A stretch of DNA of 64,000 nt from an uncultured Kiritimatiellota bacterium (GCA_944391085.1 CALXSE010000011.1:4012-68011), one strand, 5' to 3'; positions 52,538 through 62,765 are shown, numbered from the stretch's first letter. Program-made: numbers and translations. The notes: a model not told the origin generated them from the letters alone.

Positions 52538-53709
52538 TGGGCGACCCTCACGCGGGGGTCAAGCCAGCCGTAGGCGATGTCGGTGAGCAGGTTGACCGCT
52601 TGGTAGAGAAGCGCGCCGAAGATGACCACGGCGCGGACGACGGACATGTCGGCGGAGTTGATGGCGTTGATGGAGACGCTCCCCAGGCCCGGGATGCCGA
52701 AGAAGCTCTCCAGCAGCAGGCTCCCCGTGAAGAGGTAGGGGATGGAGAGCGAGACGTAGGTGACGATGGGGATGAGCGAGTTGCGCAGGACGTGGACGAA
52801 CAGCGTGCGCCCGCGCCCGAGCCCCTTGGAGACGGCGGTGCGGACGTAGGGGCGGTAGATCTCGTCGAGGATGGCCGCGCGGTAAAACCGCACGTCCCCG
52901 CCCAGCGCGCTCACCACCCCGATGGCCACCGGCAGCACCAGGTAATACGCGCTCTCGTAGCCCCAGATGGGGAAGAGCGGCCACTTGAAGCCCAGCAGGA
53001 ACTGCCCCAGCAAGATCCACACCACGTAGTTCACGCTCATCAGCGCCGTCGAAAAGGCCAGGATGCCGCGATCCAGCCACCCGCCCTGCGCCGCCGCGCA
53101 CAGCAACCCCAGCACCACCCCGAAGAGCGCCCCGAAGAACAAAATCGGCACCGAGAGCGAGAGCGTCGGCAGCAGCCCCTGCAACAGCACCTGCGTCACC
53201 GGCTGCTTCGTCTCCAGCGACATCCCCAAGTCCAGATGGACGAGGCCGTTCAGGTAACGTACGAACTGCGAATCGAAGAAGTGGCGCGTGTGCCGCCGGG
53301 CCGCGACCGCGCCGTCCGCCGCCGTCAGGCGCGCGCCCTCCGGCACCTCCACCGCCCCGTCGGCGCCCACGGGGAGCGTCCGCTCCGCACCCGTCCCGAC
53401 GTCGCGCAGGACGGCCTCGCGCGCGCCGGGCAGCGCGTAACGCCCCGGCCCAAGGGAAAAGGCCAGCTCCGTGCCGCCGCCCGGGGCCCTGCGCAGGGCG
53501 TCGAGCTCGGCCCAGTTGCCGCAGAAAAGCGGCAGGTCATAGCCATTGGCCGCGTCGAAGGCCGCGATGGCCTCCTGCGTGGCGTGCTGCCCCAGCACCG
53601 TCTGCGCCGGCGACCCGCCCACCACATAGAAAAGGACAAAGGAAAGCAACAGCACCCCGAACGTCGTGGGCACCATCTCCAGCAACCGTCTCAGTACGTA
53701 ACGTAACAT
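52534..53709 (-). CDS. ABC transporter permease (DppB/OppB-like, with a long periplasmic insert)
   Basis: N-terminus [27 protein letters not shown], and [25 protein letters not shown]. No ATPase or binding-protein gene is adjacent in this window. Confidence 0.8.
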   Translation of the reverse strand: MLRYVLRRLLEMVPTTFGVLLLSFVLFYVVGGSPAQTVLGQHATQEAIAAFDAANGYDLPLFCGNWAELDALRRAPGGGTELAFSLGPGRYALPGAREAVLRDVGTGAERTLPVGADGAVEVPEGARLTAADGAVAARRHTRHFFDSQFVRYLNGLVHLDLGMSLETKQPVTQVLLQGLLPTLSLSVPILFFGALFGVVLGLLCAAAQGGWLDRGILAFSTALMSVNYVVWILLGQFLLGFKWPLFPIWGYESAYYLVLPVAIGVVSALGGDVRFYRAAILDEIYRPYVRTAVSKGLGRGRTLFVHVLRNSLIPIVTYVSLSIPYLFTGSLLLESFFGIPGLGSVSINAINSADMSVVRAVVIFGALLYQAVNLLTDIAYGWLDPRVRVAQ

Positions 53710-53717
53710 CGTGCCCT

Positions 53718-53729
53718 ATTCTAACAAAA
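53718..53729 (-). promoter_or_regulatory. extended -10 (TTTTGTTAGAAT) 8 nt upstream of the ABC permease ATG
   Basis: Motif match. Implies a near-leaderless mRNA. Confidence 0.5.
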
Positions 53730-54114
53730 CCCCGCGCCCCTCCGCGAAGCCAACCGCCAGGCCCGGCACTCCCCGCGCCCACGGGGACGCCCGCCCGTCC
53801 CACTGTCCGCCGCGAACCCACCCCGCCCCAACGCAAGCGCCCTCCCGCGCGCCGGGGGCCGGATTACCCGTGCGGCGCACGACCCCGCGGGCTCGCCCCA
53901 CCCGCCCGTGTGGGACGGCGAACGGCCCCTTTCCCCAGGCCGCATCCCCGCCATGCCGATGCGAGGCCCCGAGGCTGGAGGCGGCTTGGCTCCCCGGGGT
54001 GAGGCGGAGGCGGGGACGCACGGCCCGCCCGCGCCTCGCATGGGGAACGGGACGGCGCGGGGCCCCTTTCGGCGCGGCGCCGAACGCCTCTCGCGCGGGG
54101 AAGGACGGGCGGGG

Positions 54115-54127
54115 TTTTTGGTATACT
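54115..54127 (+). promoter_or_regulatory. extended -10 (TTTTTGGTATACT) upstream of the sulfite-reductase-like gene
   Basis: Motif match 33 nt upstream of the ATG at 54161. Confidence 0.55.
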
Positions 54128-54160
54128 GGCAGGCAAACTTTCTTTCAGCGGGAGGACTCC

Positions 54161-55666
54161 ATGGGATACCACGACGAACTGCTCGGCGCCTGGGCCGATT
54201 ACAACGCCAGGAAGATCACGCCACTCCAGCTCAAGGCGGTCTCCTCCAACTTCGGCATCTACCAGCAGAAGGACGACGCGACGATGATGCGCATCCGGCG
54301 CACGGGGGGCATCGTCACCCTCGGCGACCTGGAGACCGTCTCCGCGCTGCTGGAGAAATACCGCGTGCCGTACGCGCACCTCACCACGCGCCAGGCCATC
54401 CAGCTGCACGGCGTGGCGGCGGCGGACGTGGGGGCCTGTCTGGCCGACTGCGAGGCGGCCGGGCTGCGCTTCCGCGGGGGCGGCGGCAACACGTTCCGCA
54501 ACGTGCTGGTGAACCCGAACAGCGGGCTGCACCCGGACACGGCCTTTGACGTGCTGCCCTACGCGCGCGCCCTCTCCGAGGCGTTCTATGCCTTCGACAC
54601 GGCCTATGCCCTGCCGCGCAAGATCAAGATCGCCTTCGCCGACCGCGCGGCCGACCGGATGCTCTGCGCCATCCAGGACCTGGGCTTCGTGGCCGTGGTG
54701 AAGGACGGCAGGCGGTGCTTCGAGACGTGGCTGGGCGGCGGCATCGGCAACAAGCCGCGCGTGGCCTTCAGGCTCTTCGAGGCCCTCCCGGCGGAGGCGT
54801 GCATCCGCGTGGCGATGGCCGTGACCGCGCTGTTCCATGACCACGGCGACCGCGCCTGCCGCGCCACCGCCCGCCTCCGCTTCCTGCGCGCCAAGCTCGG
54901 CGACGAGGGCCTGGCCGCCCTCTTCCGGGAGTACTACGCCCAGGCCGACGAGCGGGGCTACCCGTGGTGCCGCGAGGCCGACCTCCGGCCCGAGACGTAC
55001 CCGTTGACCACCTTGCCCGAGGGGGAGGCGCCCGCCGCGGGCTTCGAGGATTGGCGGGCCGTGGCCTGCGAGCCGTTGGCGGACGGCACCTTCGCGGTGC
55101 GGCTCTTCGTGCCCTTCGGGAACTTCACGCGGCCGATGCTGGCGCGGTTCTGCGCCTTCCTGAGGAAATACGGCCTCACGCGCCTGCAGCTGCTCGTCTC
55201 GCAGGACTTCGTCGTCCCGCGCGTCCACAAACAATGTCTGGCGGCGCTCTACAACGCGCTGCTGCGCGAGTTCCCGGACTTTGACCTGACGCTGCGCTCG
55301 TACGTGGGGCACATCCCCACCTGCATCGGCAACACCGTCTGCAAGATCGGCGCGGCGGATTCCCCGCGCATCGGCGAGCGCCTAGCCCGCGCCCTCGACG
55401 CCTGGCTCCCCGCCGACACGCCCGAGCGGCGGGCCCTCGCGCGCATCGTCACCACGGAGGTGCGCATCAGCGGCTGCCCGAACAGCTGCACGGCCCACCC
55501 CGCCGCGAAGTTCGGCTTCCAGTGCCGCAAACTCGGCGGGCAGGACGTGCTGATCCCGTTCAGCCCGGCCGCCGTGGAGCCGCCGACGCTCGGCGAGCCG
55601 CAGGCCACGCCCATCGCCGTCGACGACCTGCCGCATTACCTGCTGGCGAACCTGGGCCTGAGCTGA
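54161..55666 (+). CDS. nitrite/sulfite reductase family hemoprotein (siroheme/4Fe-4S type)
   Basis: ATG at 54161 with a GGGAGG RBS. The duplicated NIR_SIR ferredoxin-like and 4Fe-4S halves are present. Cys cluster CIGNTVCKIG...SGCPNSC. Confidence 0.75.
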   Translation: MGYHDELLGAWADYNARKITPLQLKAVSSNFGIYQQKDDATMMRIRRTGGIVTLGDLETVSALLEKYRVPYAHLTTRQAIQLHGVAAADVGACLADCEAAGLRFRGGGGNTFRNVLVNPNSGLHPDTAFDVLPYARALSEAFYAFDTAYALPRKIKIAFADRAADRMLCAIQDLGFVAVVKDGRRCFETWLGGGIGNKPRVAFRLFEALPAEACIRVAMAVTALFHDHGDRACRATARLRFLRAKLGDEGLAALFREYYAQADERGYPWCREADLRPETYPLTTLPEGEAPAAGFEDWRAVACEPLADGTFAVRLFVPFGNFTRPMLARFCAFLRKYGLTRLQLLVSQDFVVPRVHKQCLAALYNALLREFPDFDLTLRSYVGHIPTCIGNTVCKIGAADSPRIGERLARALDAWLPADTPERRALARIVTTEVRISGCPNSCTAHPAAKFGFQCRKLGGQDVLIPFSPAAVEPPTLGEPQATPIAVDDLPHYLLANLGLS

Positions 55667-55692
55667 GGCCGCGCGGGGACGGCGGGGCGCGG

Positions 55693-55704
55693 TTTTGGTA
55701 TCAT
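55693..55704 (+). promoter_or_regulatory. extended -10 (TTTTGGTATCAT) upstream of the DUF1846/rpe/MATE genes
   Basis: Motif match 47 nt upstream of the ATG at 55752. Confidence 0.55.
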
Positions 55705-55751
55705 AGCGCCCCGTTCCGGGCCGACGGGCCCGCCAATCTTGGGAGCGAAAG

Positions 55752-57272
55752 ATGAGACAGAACGGGTTTGACAACGAGGCTTACCTGAAGGCGCAGGCCG
55801 AGGGGCTGACGAGGCGCGCGGAGGCCTTCGGCAACAAGCTTTACCTGGAGTTCGGCGGCAAGCTGATGTTCGACTACCACGCCGCGCGCGTGCTGCCGGG
55901 CTATGACCCGAACGCGAAGCTGCGCCTGCTGCGCGCGCTGGGGGACCAGGCCGAGATCATCCTCTGCGTCTACGCCGAGGACATCGAGCGCAAGAAGATG
56001 CGCGCGGACTTCGGCATCTCGTACGACGACGACGCGCTCAAGCTCATCGACTCGCTCCGCGCCTGGGGCATCCACGTCTGCGCCGTGGTCATCACCCGCT
56101 TCGACGGCCAGCCCGCGGCGCTCCAGTTCCGCAACAAGCTCGAGGCGCGCGGCATCACCGTGAAGCTCCACCGCGCGGTGCCGGGCTACCCCTCGAACCT
56201 CGACCTGGTGGTCTCGCCCGAGGGCTACGGCGCGAACGCCTACGTGGAGACGACGCGCCCGATCGTCGTCGTCACCGGCCCCGGCCCGGGCTCGGGCAAG
56301 CTGGCCACCTGCCTGACGATGCTGTACCACGACCGCATGGCCGGGCGCCCGGCGGGCTACGCGAAGTTCGAGACCTTCCCGGTGTGGGACCTGCCGCTGA
56401 AGCACCCCGTGAACCTGGCCTACGAGGCGGCGACGGCGGACCTGGGCGACATCAACATGATCGACCCCTTCCACCTGGAGGCCTACGGCAAGGCGGCGGT
56501 GAACTACAACCGCGACGTCGACGCCTTCCCCATCCTGCGCGAGATCTGGACGCGCCTGGACGCCTCGGGCTCGTGCCCTTACCGGAGCCCGACGGACATG
56601 GGCGTGAACCGCATCTCCACCGGCATCGTGGACGACGCGGTCTGCCAGGAGGCCGCGCGCCAGGAGGTCATCCGCCGCTACTTCCGCCACCTCTCAGACG
56701 CCGTCGCCAAAGGCTCCAGCGACAAGCACCCCGTGGAGATCGTCGAGCGCCTGATGCGCCAGCTGGGGCTGCGGCCCGAGGACCGCCCCGTTGTCGTCCC
56801 CGCGCGCCAGGCCGCGCACGACGCCTCGCTCTCGCACACGCTCGAGGGCGTGGCCTGCGGCGCGGCGCTGGAGCTGCCCGACGGCACGGTCGTCCAGGGC
56901 AAGAACTCCCCCAGCCTCCACGCCGCCGCCGCCACCGTCCTCAACGCCGTCAAGCGCCTGGCCGGCATCCCGCGGGGGCGCCACCTGCTCGCCCCGGAGA
57001 CGATCGCCTCGGTCACCCACATGAAGCAGGGCATCCTCAAGGGCAAGTACGGCTCGCTGAACCTCGACGAGACGCTCGTCTCCCTGGCCATCTGCGCCGC
57101 CACCGACCCCGCCGCCAAGGCCGCGCTCGAGCGCCTGGCCGACCTGCGCGACTGCGAGATGCACCTGTCGCACATGCTCACCCCCGGCGACGAGGCCGGC
57201 CTCCGCCGCCTGGGCATCCGCGCGACGAACGACCCGCTCTTCGCCACCGCCGAGCTCTTCGTCGACGCCTGA
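55752..57272 (+). CDS. DUF1846 (UPF0371) family protein
   Basis: 506 aa. The N-terminus FDNEAYLKAQAEGLTRR...LYLEFGGKLMFDYHAARVLPGYDPNAK is characteristic of UPF0371. Confidence 0.7.
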   Translation: MRQNGFDNEAYLKAQAEGLTRRAEAFGNKLYLEFGGKLMFDYHAARVLPGYDPNAKLRLLRALGDQAEIILCVYAEDIERKKMRADFGISYDDDALKLIDSLRAWGIHVCAVVITRFDGQPAALQFRNKLEARGITVKLHRAVPGYPSNLDLVVSPEGYGANAYVETTRPIVVVTGPGPGSGKLATCLTMLYHDRMAGRPAGYAKFETFPVWDLPLKHPVNLAYEAATADLGDINMIDPFHLEAYGKAAVNYNRDVDAFPILREIWTRLDASGSCPYRSPTDMGVNRISTGIVDDAVCQEAARQEVIRRYFRHLSDAVAKGSSDKHPVEIVERLMRQLGLRPEDRPVVVPARQAAHDASLSHTLEGVACGAALELPDGTVVQGKNSPSLHAAAATVLNAVKRLAGIPRGRHLLAPETIASVTHMKQGILKGKYGSLNLDETLVSLAICAATDPAAKAALERLADLRDCEMHLSHMLTPGDEAGLRRLGIRATNDPLFATAELFVDA

Positions 57273-57284
57273 GGAGGACGCCCC

Positions 57285-57968
57285 ATGACGATCCGCATCC
57301 TGCCTTCCCTGCTGGCCGCCGACCTGGCGCGCCTGGGCGAGGAGATCGCCCGCGCCGCGCAAAGCGGCGCCGACGGCCTGCATCTGGACGTGATGGACGG
57401 GCACTTCGTGCCGAACCTCTCCTTCTCCCCGGCCGCCGCGGGGCTCTGCCGCGGGCTCCTGCCGGCGGGCGTCGAGCTGAACGCGCACCTGATGATGACC
57501 AACCCGGACAGATACGCCGGGCGCTTCGCCGAGGCCGGCGCCGACACCGTCCAGTTCCACCTTGAGCTGCGCGACGGGCTGAACGTCCGCGCCCTGGCGG
57601 CCGACCTCCACGCGCGGAAGGCCCGCGTGGGCCTGGCCCTCAACCCCGAGACGCCCGCCGAGGCGGCCCTCCCCTTCCTTGACTGCGCCGACGAGATCCT
57701 CTGCATGACCGTCCACCCCGGCTACGGCGGGCAGGCCTTCATCGCCGACGTCCTGCCGAAGATCCGCGCCCTGCGCGGGCGGGCGCCGGCGCTGGACATC
57801 ATGGTCGACGGCGGCGTGAACGGCGAGACCGCCGCGCTGGCCGCCGAGGCCGGCGCCAACGCCTTCGTCGCCGGCTCCTACCTCTTCGCGCAGGCCGACA
57901 TGGCCGCCGCCGTGGCCGGGCTACGCGGGCGGTGCGCCGAGGCCTTCGCCCGGGCCTGGGGCAGGTGA
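57285..57968 (+). CDS. rpe: ribulose-phosphate 3-epimerase
   Basis: PSLLAADLARLGEEI...LHLDVMDGHFVPNLSF...MTVHPGYGGQAF...VDGGV. Confidence 0.9.
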   Translation: MTIRILPSLLAADLARLGEEIARAAQSGADGLHLDVMDGHFVPNLSFSPAAAGLCRGLLPAGVELNAHLMMTNPDRYAGRFAEAGADTVQFHLELRDGLNVRALAADLHARKARVGLALNPETPAEAALPFLDCADEILCMTVHPGYGGQAFIADVLPKIRALRGRAPALDIMVDGGVNGETAALAAEAGANAFVAGSYLFAQADMAAAVAGLRGRCAEAFARAWGR

Positions 57969-57970
57969 GC

Positions 57971-59404
57971 ATGGCGGCGGCGACGCGGGCCTCGAAGGAA
58001 TTGGCGCGCTTCCCGGTGGGGAGGCTGCTGTGGAAGTATTCCGTGCCGGCCATCATCGGGATGCTGGTGATGGCGCTCTACAACGTGGTGGATCGGCTGT
58101 ACGTGGGGCGGTGCGTGGGGCAGGAGGGGCTGGCGGGCTTCGCGCTGACCTTCCCGCCGATGATGGTGATGCTGGCCTTTGGGCTGCTGTTCGGGGTGGG
58201 GACGGCCACGCGCATCTCCATCGCGATGGGGCAGGGCAAGCGCACGGTGGCGCAGTGCTACCTGGGCCAGGCGGTCTGCTTCTACGTGCTGCTCTCGCTG
58301 AGCGTCTACCCGCTGTGCGCGCTCTTCGTGGAGCCGATCCTGTGGGCTACGGGCGGCACGGAGAAGACGATCCCGTGGGCGGCGGATTACCTGCGCGTCG
58401 TCTTCCTCTGCGCCATCCTGCAATACGTCGGCTTCGGGCTGAACCACACGATGCGCGCCGAGGGCCACCCGAACAAGGCGCTCTTCACCATGCTCTTCGG
58501 GGCGGTGGCGAACGCCATCCTCGACCCGTTCTTCATCTTCGACGAGGTCCCCCTGGGCTTCTGCACGCTCCCGGGGCTGGGGCTCAAGATCCAGGGCGCG
58601 GCGATCGCGACGGTGCTCTCGCAGGGCGTCTCCTCGGCGTGGGTGCTGGCGCACTTCCTGCGCCGGGGCGCGGCGTTGCGCCTGCGCCTGGGCTTCGTGC
58701 GCCTGTACCGCCCGCTTTTCTGGAAGGTCATCGTGGCGGGGCTGCCGCCCTTCGCCCTCAACCTGGTGGGCAGCGGCGTCACCGCGCTCTACGCCATCCT
58801 GTTCCGCGCCTTCGCGCCGGACGCGCGCACGGCGGAGGTGGAGATCGCGGCCGTCGGCGTGGTGATGACGGTGCAGATGCTCGTCTGCATGCCCGTGCTC
58901 GGCGTGGCGCAGGGGATGCAGCCCATCCTCGGCTTCAACTACGGCGCGCGCAACTACCGGCGCATGGCGCGGGCCTTCACCCTGGCGGCCTGGTGGGGCG
59001 GCGGCTACATCTTCGTGCTCTCGGCCGCGGTCATGCTCCTGCGCAGGCCCCTCTTCCTGCTCTTCTGCCGGGAGGAGATGGCCGCCGACCTGCTGGCCGT
59101 GGGGCCCACGGACATGCTCGTCTTCTTCTGCGGCTTCTCCTTCGTGGGCTATGCCATCCTGGTGGGGCAATACTTCCAGAGCATCGGCCGCGGCGGCGTG
59201 GCGCTGGCGATGAGCCTCTCGCGCCAATGCTTCCTCCTGGTGCCGCTCATGTTCCTGCTCCCGCCGCTCCTGGGCCCCATCGGCGTCTGGTGGGCCGCGC
59301 CCATCTCGGACGTCCTCTCCGTGCTCATCGCCCTGACCTTCCACCTTCACGAACGCCGCCGCGTCAACCGCCTCATCGCCGCGCAGGGGGCCGCCTGCGC
59401 CTGA
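57971..59404 (+). CDS. MATE family efflux transporter
   Basis: ATG at 57971, 3 nt after the rpe stop. LLWKYSVPAIIGMLVMALYNVVDRLYVG is present, and there are 12 TMs. Confidence 0.8.
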   Translation: MAAATRASKELARFPVGRLLWKYSVPAIIGMLVMALYNVVDRLYVGRCVGQEGLAGFALTFPPMMVMLAFGLLFGVGTATRISIAMGQGKRTVAQCYLGQAVCFYVLLSLSVYPLCALFVEPILWATGGTEKTIPWAADYLRVVFLCAILQYVGFGLNHTMRAEGHPNKALFTMLFGAVANAILDPFFIFDEVPLGFCTLPGLGLKIQGAAIATVLSQGVSSAWVLAHFLRRGAALRLRLGFVRLYRPLFWKVIVAGLPPFALNLVGSGVTALYAILFRAFAPDARTAEVEIAAVGVVMTVQMLVCMPVLGVAQGMQPILGFNYGARNYRRMARAFTLAAWWGGGYIFVLSAAVMLLRRPLFLLFCREEMAADLLAVGPTDMLVFFCGFSFVGYAILVGQYFQSIGRGGVALAMSLSRQCFLLVPLMFLLPPLLGPIGVWWAAPISDVLSVLIALTFHLHERRRVNRLIAAQGAACA

Positions 59405-59424
59405 CCGAACAAGGAGAACCCGCC

Positions 59425-61071
59425 ATGCGATTGCCCGCCGCGCTCACCGCACTCTGCCTCGCCGCCGCGCTCCACGCAGAGGCCCTCCCCATCGAGGCCC
59501 TGCCCGCGGCGTTCCTGCGCGGCGAACGCCCCGCCGCCTGGCCCGGGGACGGGATCACCGTGGTGGAATGCTGGGCCCGCTGGTGCGGCCCCTGCCTCCG
59601 CGCCATGCCCCACCTCGAGGCGCTCCACCGGGAGCTCAGGGACGAAGGCGTCCACGTCATCGGCCTCAACGTCTGGGACCGCGGCACCGACGCCGAGATC
59701 CTCGACTTCCTCTCCAAGCAGCCCACGCCCCCGACCTACGACCTCGCCGTCGACCGCGCCGGCGACCTCCCCAAACGCCTCGGCGTCAAGGGCATCCCCC
59801 ACGCCATCGTCCTCCGCGGGGGCGATATCGTCTGGCAGGGCCACCCCGCCGCCCTCACCGCCGAGAGGCTCCGCGCCTGGCGCGACGAACGCAAGGCCCG
59901 GGAAGAGGCGAAGGAGGCCGACCCCATGGCCGCGCTCCTCGACCTGGAGCGGCAGGCCGACGCCGCCGCGGCCAAAGGCGACTGGGCCGCCGCCGCCGAC
60001 CTCCAGCGCCGCGCCCTCGCCGCGCACCCCCTCGCCGCCAAAGCGGGGCGGATTCCCACCCTTGAGGGAGCCGGGCCCGCGCTCCCCAAGGCCGACCCCA
60101 TCCCCCCCGCCGCCCTCACCGCCGAGGGCGACGCCGCCCCCTACGCCGCGCTCCTCGGCGCGCCCCTCCCCGCCGACGACGTGCCCACCCTCCTGGCCTA
60201 CTGGCCCAACCCCTTCTGGATCAAAAGCCTCAACTGGACGACCCTCTCCTTCCTGCCCGACCGCCGCATCGGCAAGGCCCTCCCCTACCCCCACCGCGTC
60301 ATCGTCGTCGTTCCAGACCGCGCCAAGCCCCACGCGACGGACCTCCTCGCCCCCCTGGCCTGGCGCGGCGCCGACCTCCGCTTCGTCCCGGGCGACCCCG
60401 GCGAACGCTTCGGGTTCAACGGCCGCAACAACCCGCCCTTCGTCGCCTACTTCCGCGGCGGGCGCCTGCTCTGGAAGGGCCCCCTCGAGGTCCTGCCCGC
60501 CGCCCTCCGCGCCCAGGCGCCGCTCGCCGACCCGGACGCCCTCCACACCGCCCTCGCCGCCGAACAGGAGGCGCAGGACTTCTTCCTGGGGACCTTCCGC
60601 GCCCTCCGCAAGGCCGACGACGAGGCCGCCCGCGAGGCGCTCCTGCGCGAGGCCGCCGCGCGCCCCATCCCCCGGGGCTGGGGCGCCCTGCTCATGCCGG
60701 ACTTCTTCGCCGCCCCCTACCGGGCCAAAGACCTCCCCGAAGGCAAACGCCGCCTGGCCTGGGCCATGGAGACCTTCCACGGCGACCCCGGCGCCCTCGA
60801 GATGCTCCGCAAGGTCGTCGACGGCTGGCCCGAGCTCTCCCTGGCGGCCATGCCCGAGCGCAGCCGCATCGCCGAGCGCCTCGGCGAGCTCAACGACCGC
60901 GACGACCCCGCCTATGCCCAGGCCTGGTTCGCCGTCGCCGCCGAGGAAGCCGGGCGCGCCGGCGACGGCGCCCGCGCCCAGGCCCTCTACGCCCGCGCCC
61001 TCGAGGCCTCCCCCGCCGCCTGCCGCCTGCGCCAGTTCCGGGCCGGGCTCCCCGCCCTCCCCAGCCGCTGA
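59425..61071 (+). CDS. secreted thioredoxin-fold (TlpA/ResA-like) protein with a ~400-aa C-terminal extension
   Basis: ATG at 59425 with an AAGGAGA RBS. A signal peptide is followed by VVECWARWCGPCLRAMP and GIPHAIVL. The remainder is unassigned. Confidence 0.7.
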   Translation: MRLPAALTALCLAAALHAEALPIEALPAAFLRGERPAAWPGDGITVVECWARWCGPCLRAMPHLEALHRELRDEGVHVIGLNVWDRGTDAEILDFLSKQPTPPTYDLAVDRAGDLPKRLGVKGIPHAIVLRGGDIVWQGHPAALTAERLRAWRDERKAREEAKEADPMAALLDLERQADAAAAKGDWAAAADLQRRALAAHPLAAKAGRIPTLEGAGPALPKADPIPPAALTAEGDAAPYAALLGAPLPADDVPTLLAYWPNPFWIKSLNWTTLSFLPDRRIGKALPYPHRVIVVVPDRAKPHATDLLAPLAWRGADLRFVPGDPGERFGFNGRNNPPFVAYFRGGRLLWKGPLEVLPAALRAQAPLADPDALHTALAAEQEAQDFFLGTFRALRKADDEAAREALLREAAARPIPRGWGALLMPDFFAAPYRAKDLPEGKRRLAWAMETFHGDPGALEMLRKVVDGWPELSLAAMPERSRIAERLGELNDRDDPAYAQAWFAVAAEEAGRAGDGARAQALYARALEASPAACRLRQFRAGLPALPSR

Positions 61072-61154
61072 CCCCCGCCGGCCGCGTGCGGGGAGCGGCG
61101 GCCCCCCACGCCCCGCCCGGGGCGGCGAGGGGCGGGGAGCGTGAACTTTTGCGC

Positions 61155-61183
61155 TTGCACTTTCGCTCGGAATGGGGTATTCT
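61155..61183 (+). promoter_or_regulatory. promoter TTGCAC-17nt-TATTCT upstream of the repeat lipoprotein gene
   Basis: Spacing and hexamers were read directly from the sequence. The stretch is locally AT-richer. Confidence 0.4.
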
Positions 61184-61219
61184 TTTGATGAGTATGAGAA
61201 CCAACCTAGCGAGGACGCT

Positions 61220-61786
61220 ATGAAGAAATCGATTGTGGCCCTTTTCGCCTGCCTGTCCCTGACCGTCTGCGCGACCGCGCAGGAGGCCGACGGGGCGGCC
61301 GCCGAGCAGCAGCGGCCCGCCCAGCCCACGCGCGTCGAGACGCGCACCATCTCGCCGGTCTGGTTCGCCCTGCAGGGGGACGAGACCGTCGACATCGTCG
61401 GCCTGCGCCTGGGCATCTGCGGCAAGTGCAACGACCTCACCGGCCTGGATCTCTCCATCGCCGGCGAGGCGGTGAACGCCTACGGCCTGCAGCTGGCCCT
61501 CGTGCGCAACAACGTCATCGACCGCGCCGGCGCCCTCCAGATCGCCATCGGCGCGAACGGCGCCGGCGAGCTTTCGGGCATGCAGGTGGGCCTGCTCAAC
61601 GAGGCCACCATCGCCAAGGGCCTGCAGGTGGGCCTCGTCAACGCCACCAGCGACATCCGCGGCGTGCAGATCGGCCTCATCAACTCGACGGACTCCATCT
61701 ACGGCTACCAGATCGGCCTCATCAACGTCATCCGCTCCTCGCCGGTCACCTTCTTCCCGATCCTCAACTTCATGCTCGGGTACTGA
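61220..61786 (+). CDS. lipoprotein with tandem G-x-Q-[VIL]-G-L-[VIL]-N repeats
   Basis: ATG at 61220. The lipobox-like signal is MKKSIVALFACLSLTVCA. Repeats include GLQLALVRN, GMQVGLLNE, GLQVGLVNA, GVQIGLINS and GYQIGLINV. Confidence 0.7.
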   Translation: MKKSIVALFACLSLTVCATAQEADGAAAEQQRPAQPTRVETRTISPVWFALQGDETVDIVGLRLGICGKCNDLTGLDLSIAGEAVNAYGLQLALVRNNVIDRAGALQIAIGANGAGELSGMQVGLLNEATIAKGLQVGLVNATSDIRGVQIGLINSTDSIYGYQIGLINVIRSSPVTFFPILNFMLGY

Positions 61787-61789
61787 GCG

Positions 61790-62218
61790 ATGGCCGATTG
61801 GAAGCAGGAGCTTGAGAACATCTTCCTGAGCGACTCGCAGGCCTCGCGGGCCGAGCGCGAGAACGCGCGCTTCGTCCGCTTCCTGCGCGAGGTCGCCACC
61901 CCCGCGCTCGAGGCGATCGCCGAGGAGATGCGGCGCCTGGGGCGCGTGGCCTCGGTGCGCGCCGCGCCGGCCTCCACCATTCTCACGGTCTACCGCGACG
62001 GCAACGTGGAGGAGATCTGCTACTCCGTCACCCGCCAGTACGTGAACGACGGCATCCTCCCCCGCGCCAACGCCCGCGTGGTGCGCATGAACGCGCGCAC
62101 CACCAACCACGACGAGCCCTTCCGCCCCGAGGGCGTCAAGTACACCATCGACGACGTGACGCAGGAAGACGTCATCCGCTCCTTCCTCACCTTTTACCGC
62201 ATGACGAAAGGCCAGTGA
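61790..62218 (+). CDS. hypothetical protein
   Basis: 142-aa ORF starting 4 nt after the lipoprotein gene stop and followed directly by pgpA. No motif recognised. Confidence 0.6.
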   Translation: MADWKQELENIFLSDSQASRAERENARFVRFLREVATPALEAIAEEMRRLGRVASVRAAPASTILTVYRDGNVEEICYSVTRQYVNDGILPRANARVVRMNARTTNHDEPFRPEGVKYTIDDVTQEDVIRSFLTFYRMTKGQ

Positions 62219-62219
62219 G

Positions 62220-62765
62220 ATGGGCTGGGAAGGCCCGGATCCCTACGCAGGCCAACGCCCGGAGGCAACCCTGGGCGTTTCCTTTCACCGACGCCTCTGC
62301 GTCTGGGTCGGCACCGGCTTCGGCATCGGGCTGGTGGCGCCCTTCGCCCCGGGCACCTTCGGTTCGCTCCCCGGCGTGGCGCTGGCCGCGGCGATGGCCG
62401 CCTGGATGCCCTGCTGGTGGGCGCAGGCGCTCCTTTGCGCGGCGCTCGCGCTCCTGGCCGTGCCCGTCTGCGCCGTGGCGGAGGACTGCCTGAAGAAGAA
62501 GGACGACGGGCGCATCTCGGCCGACGAGTGGATGCTCTACCCCATCGCCACCATCGGCCTGCCGCTGACGGCGTGCCCGTGGCTCATCCCCGCCACCTTC
62601 CTCGTCATCCGCGCGCTGGACGTGGCCAAGCCGCCGCCCGCGCGCCAGCTCCAGTTCCTCCCCGGCGGCTGGGGCATCGTGGCCGACGACTTCGCCGCGC
62701 AGCTCTACGCGCTGGCCGCGAACTGGGCCCTCTGGGTTTGGGTGCTCCGCCCATGGCTCGGCTGA
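62220..62765 (+). CDS. pgpA: phosphatidylglycerophosphatase A
   Basis: VGTGFGIGLVAPFAPGTFGSLPGV...DEWMLYP...GWGIVADDFAAQLYA. Confidence 0.8.
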   Translation: MGWEGPDPYAGQRPEATLGVSFHRRLCVWVGTGFGIGLVAPFAPGTFGSLPGVALAAAMAAWMPCWWAQALLCAALALLAVPVCAVAEDCLKKKDDGRISADEWMLYPIATIGLPLTACPWLIPATFLVIRALDVAKPPPARQLQFLPGGWGIVADDFAAQLYALAANWALWVWVLRPWLG

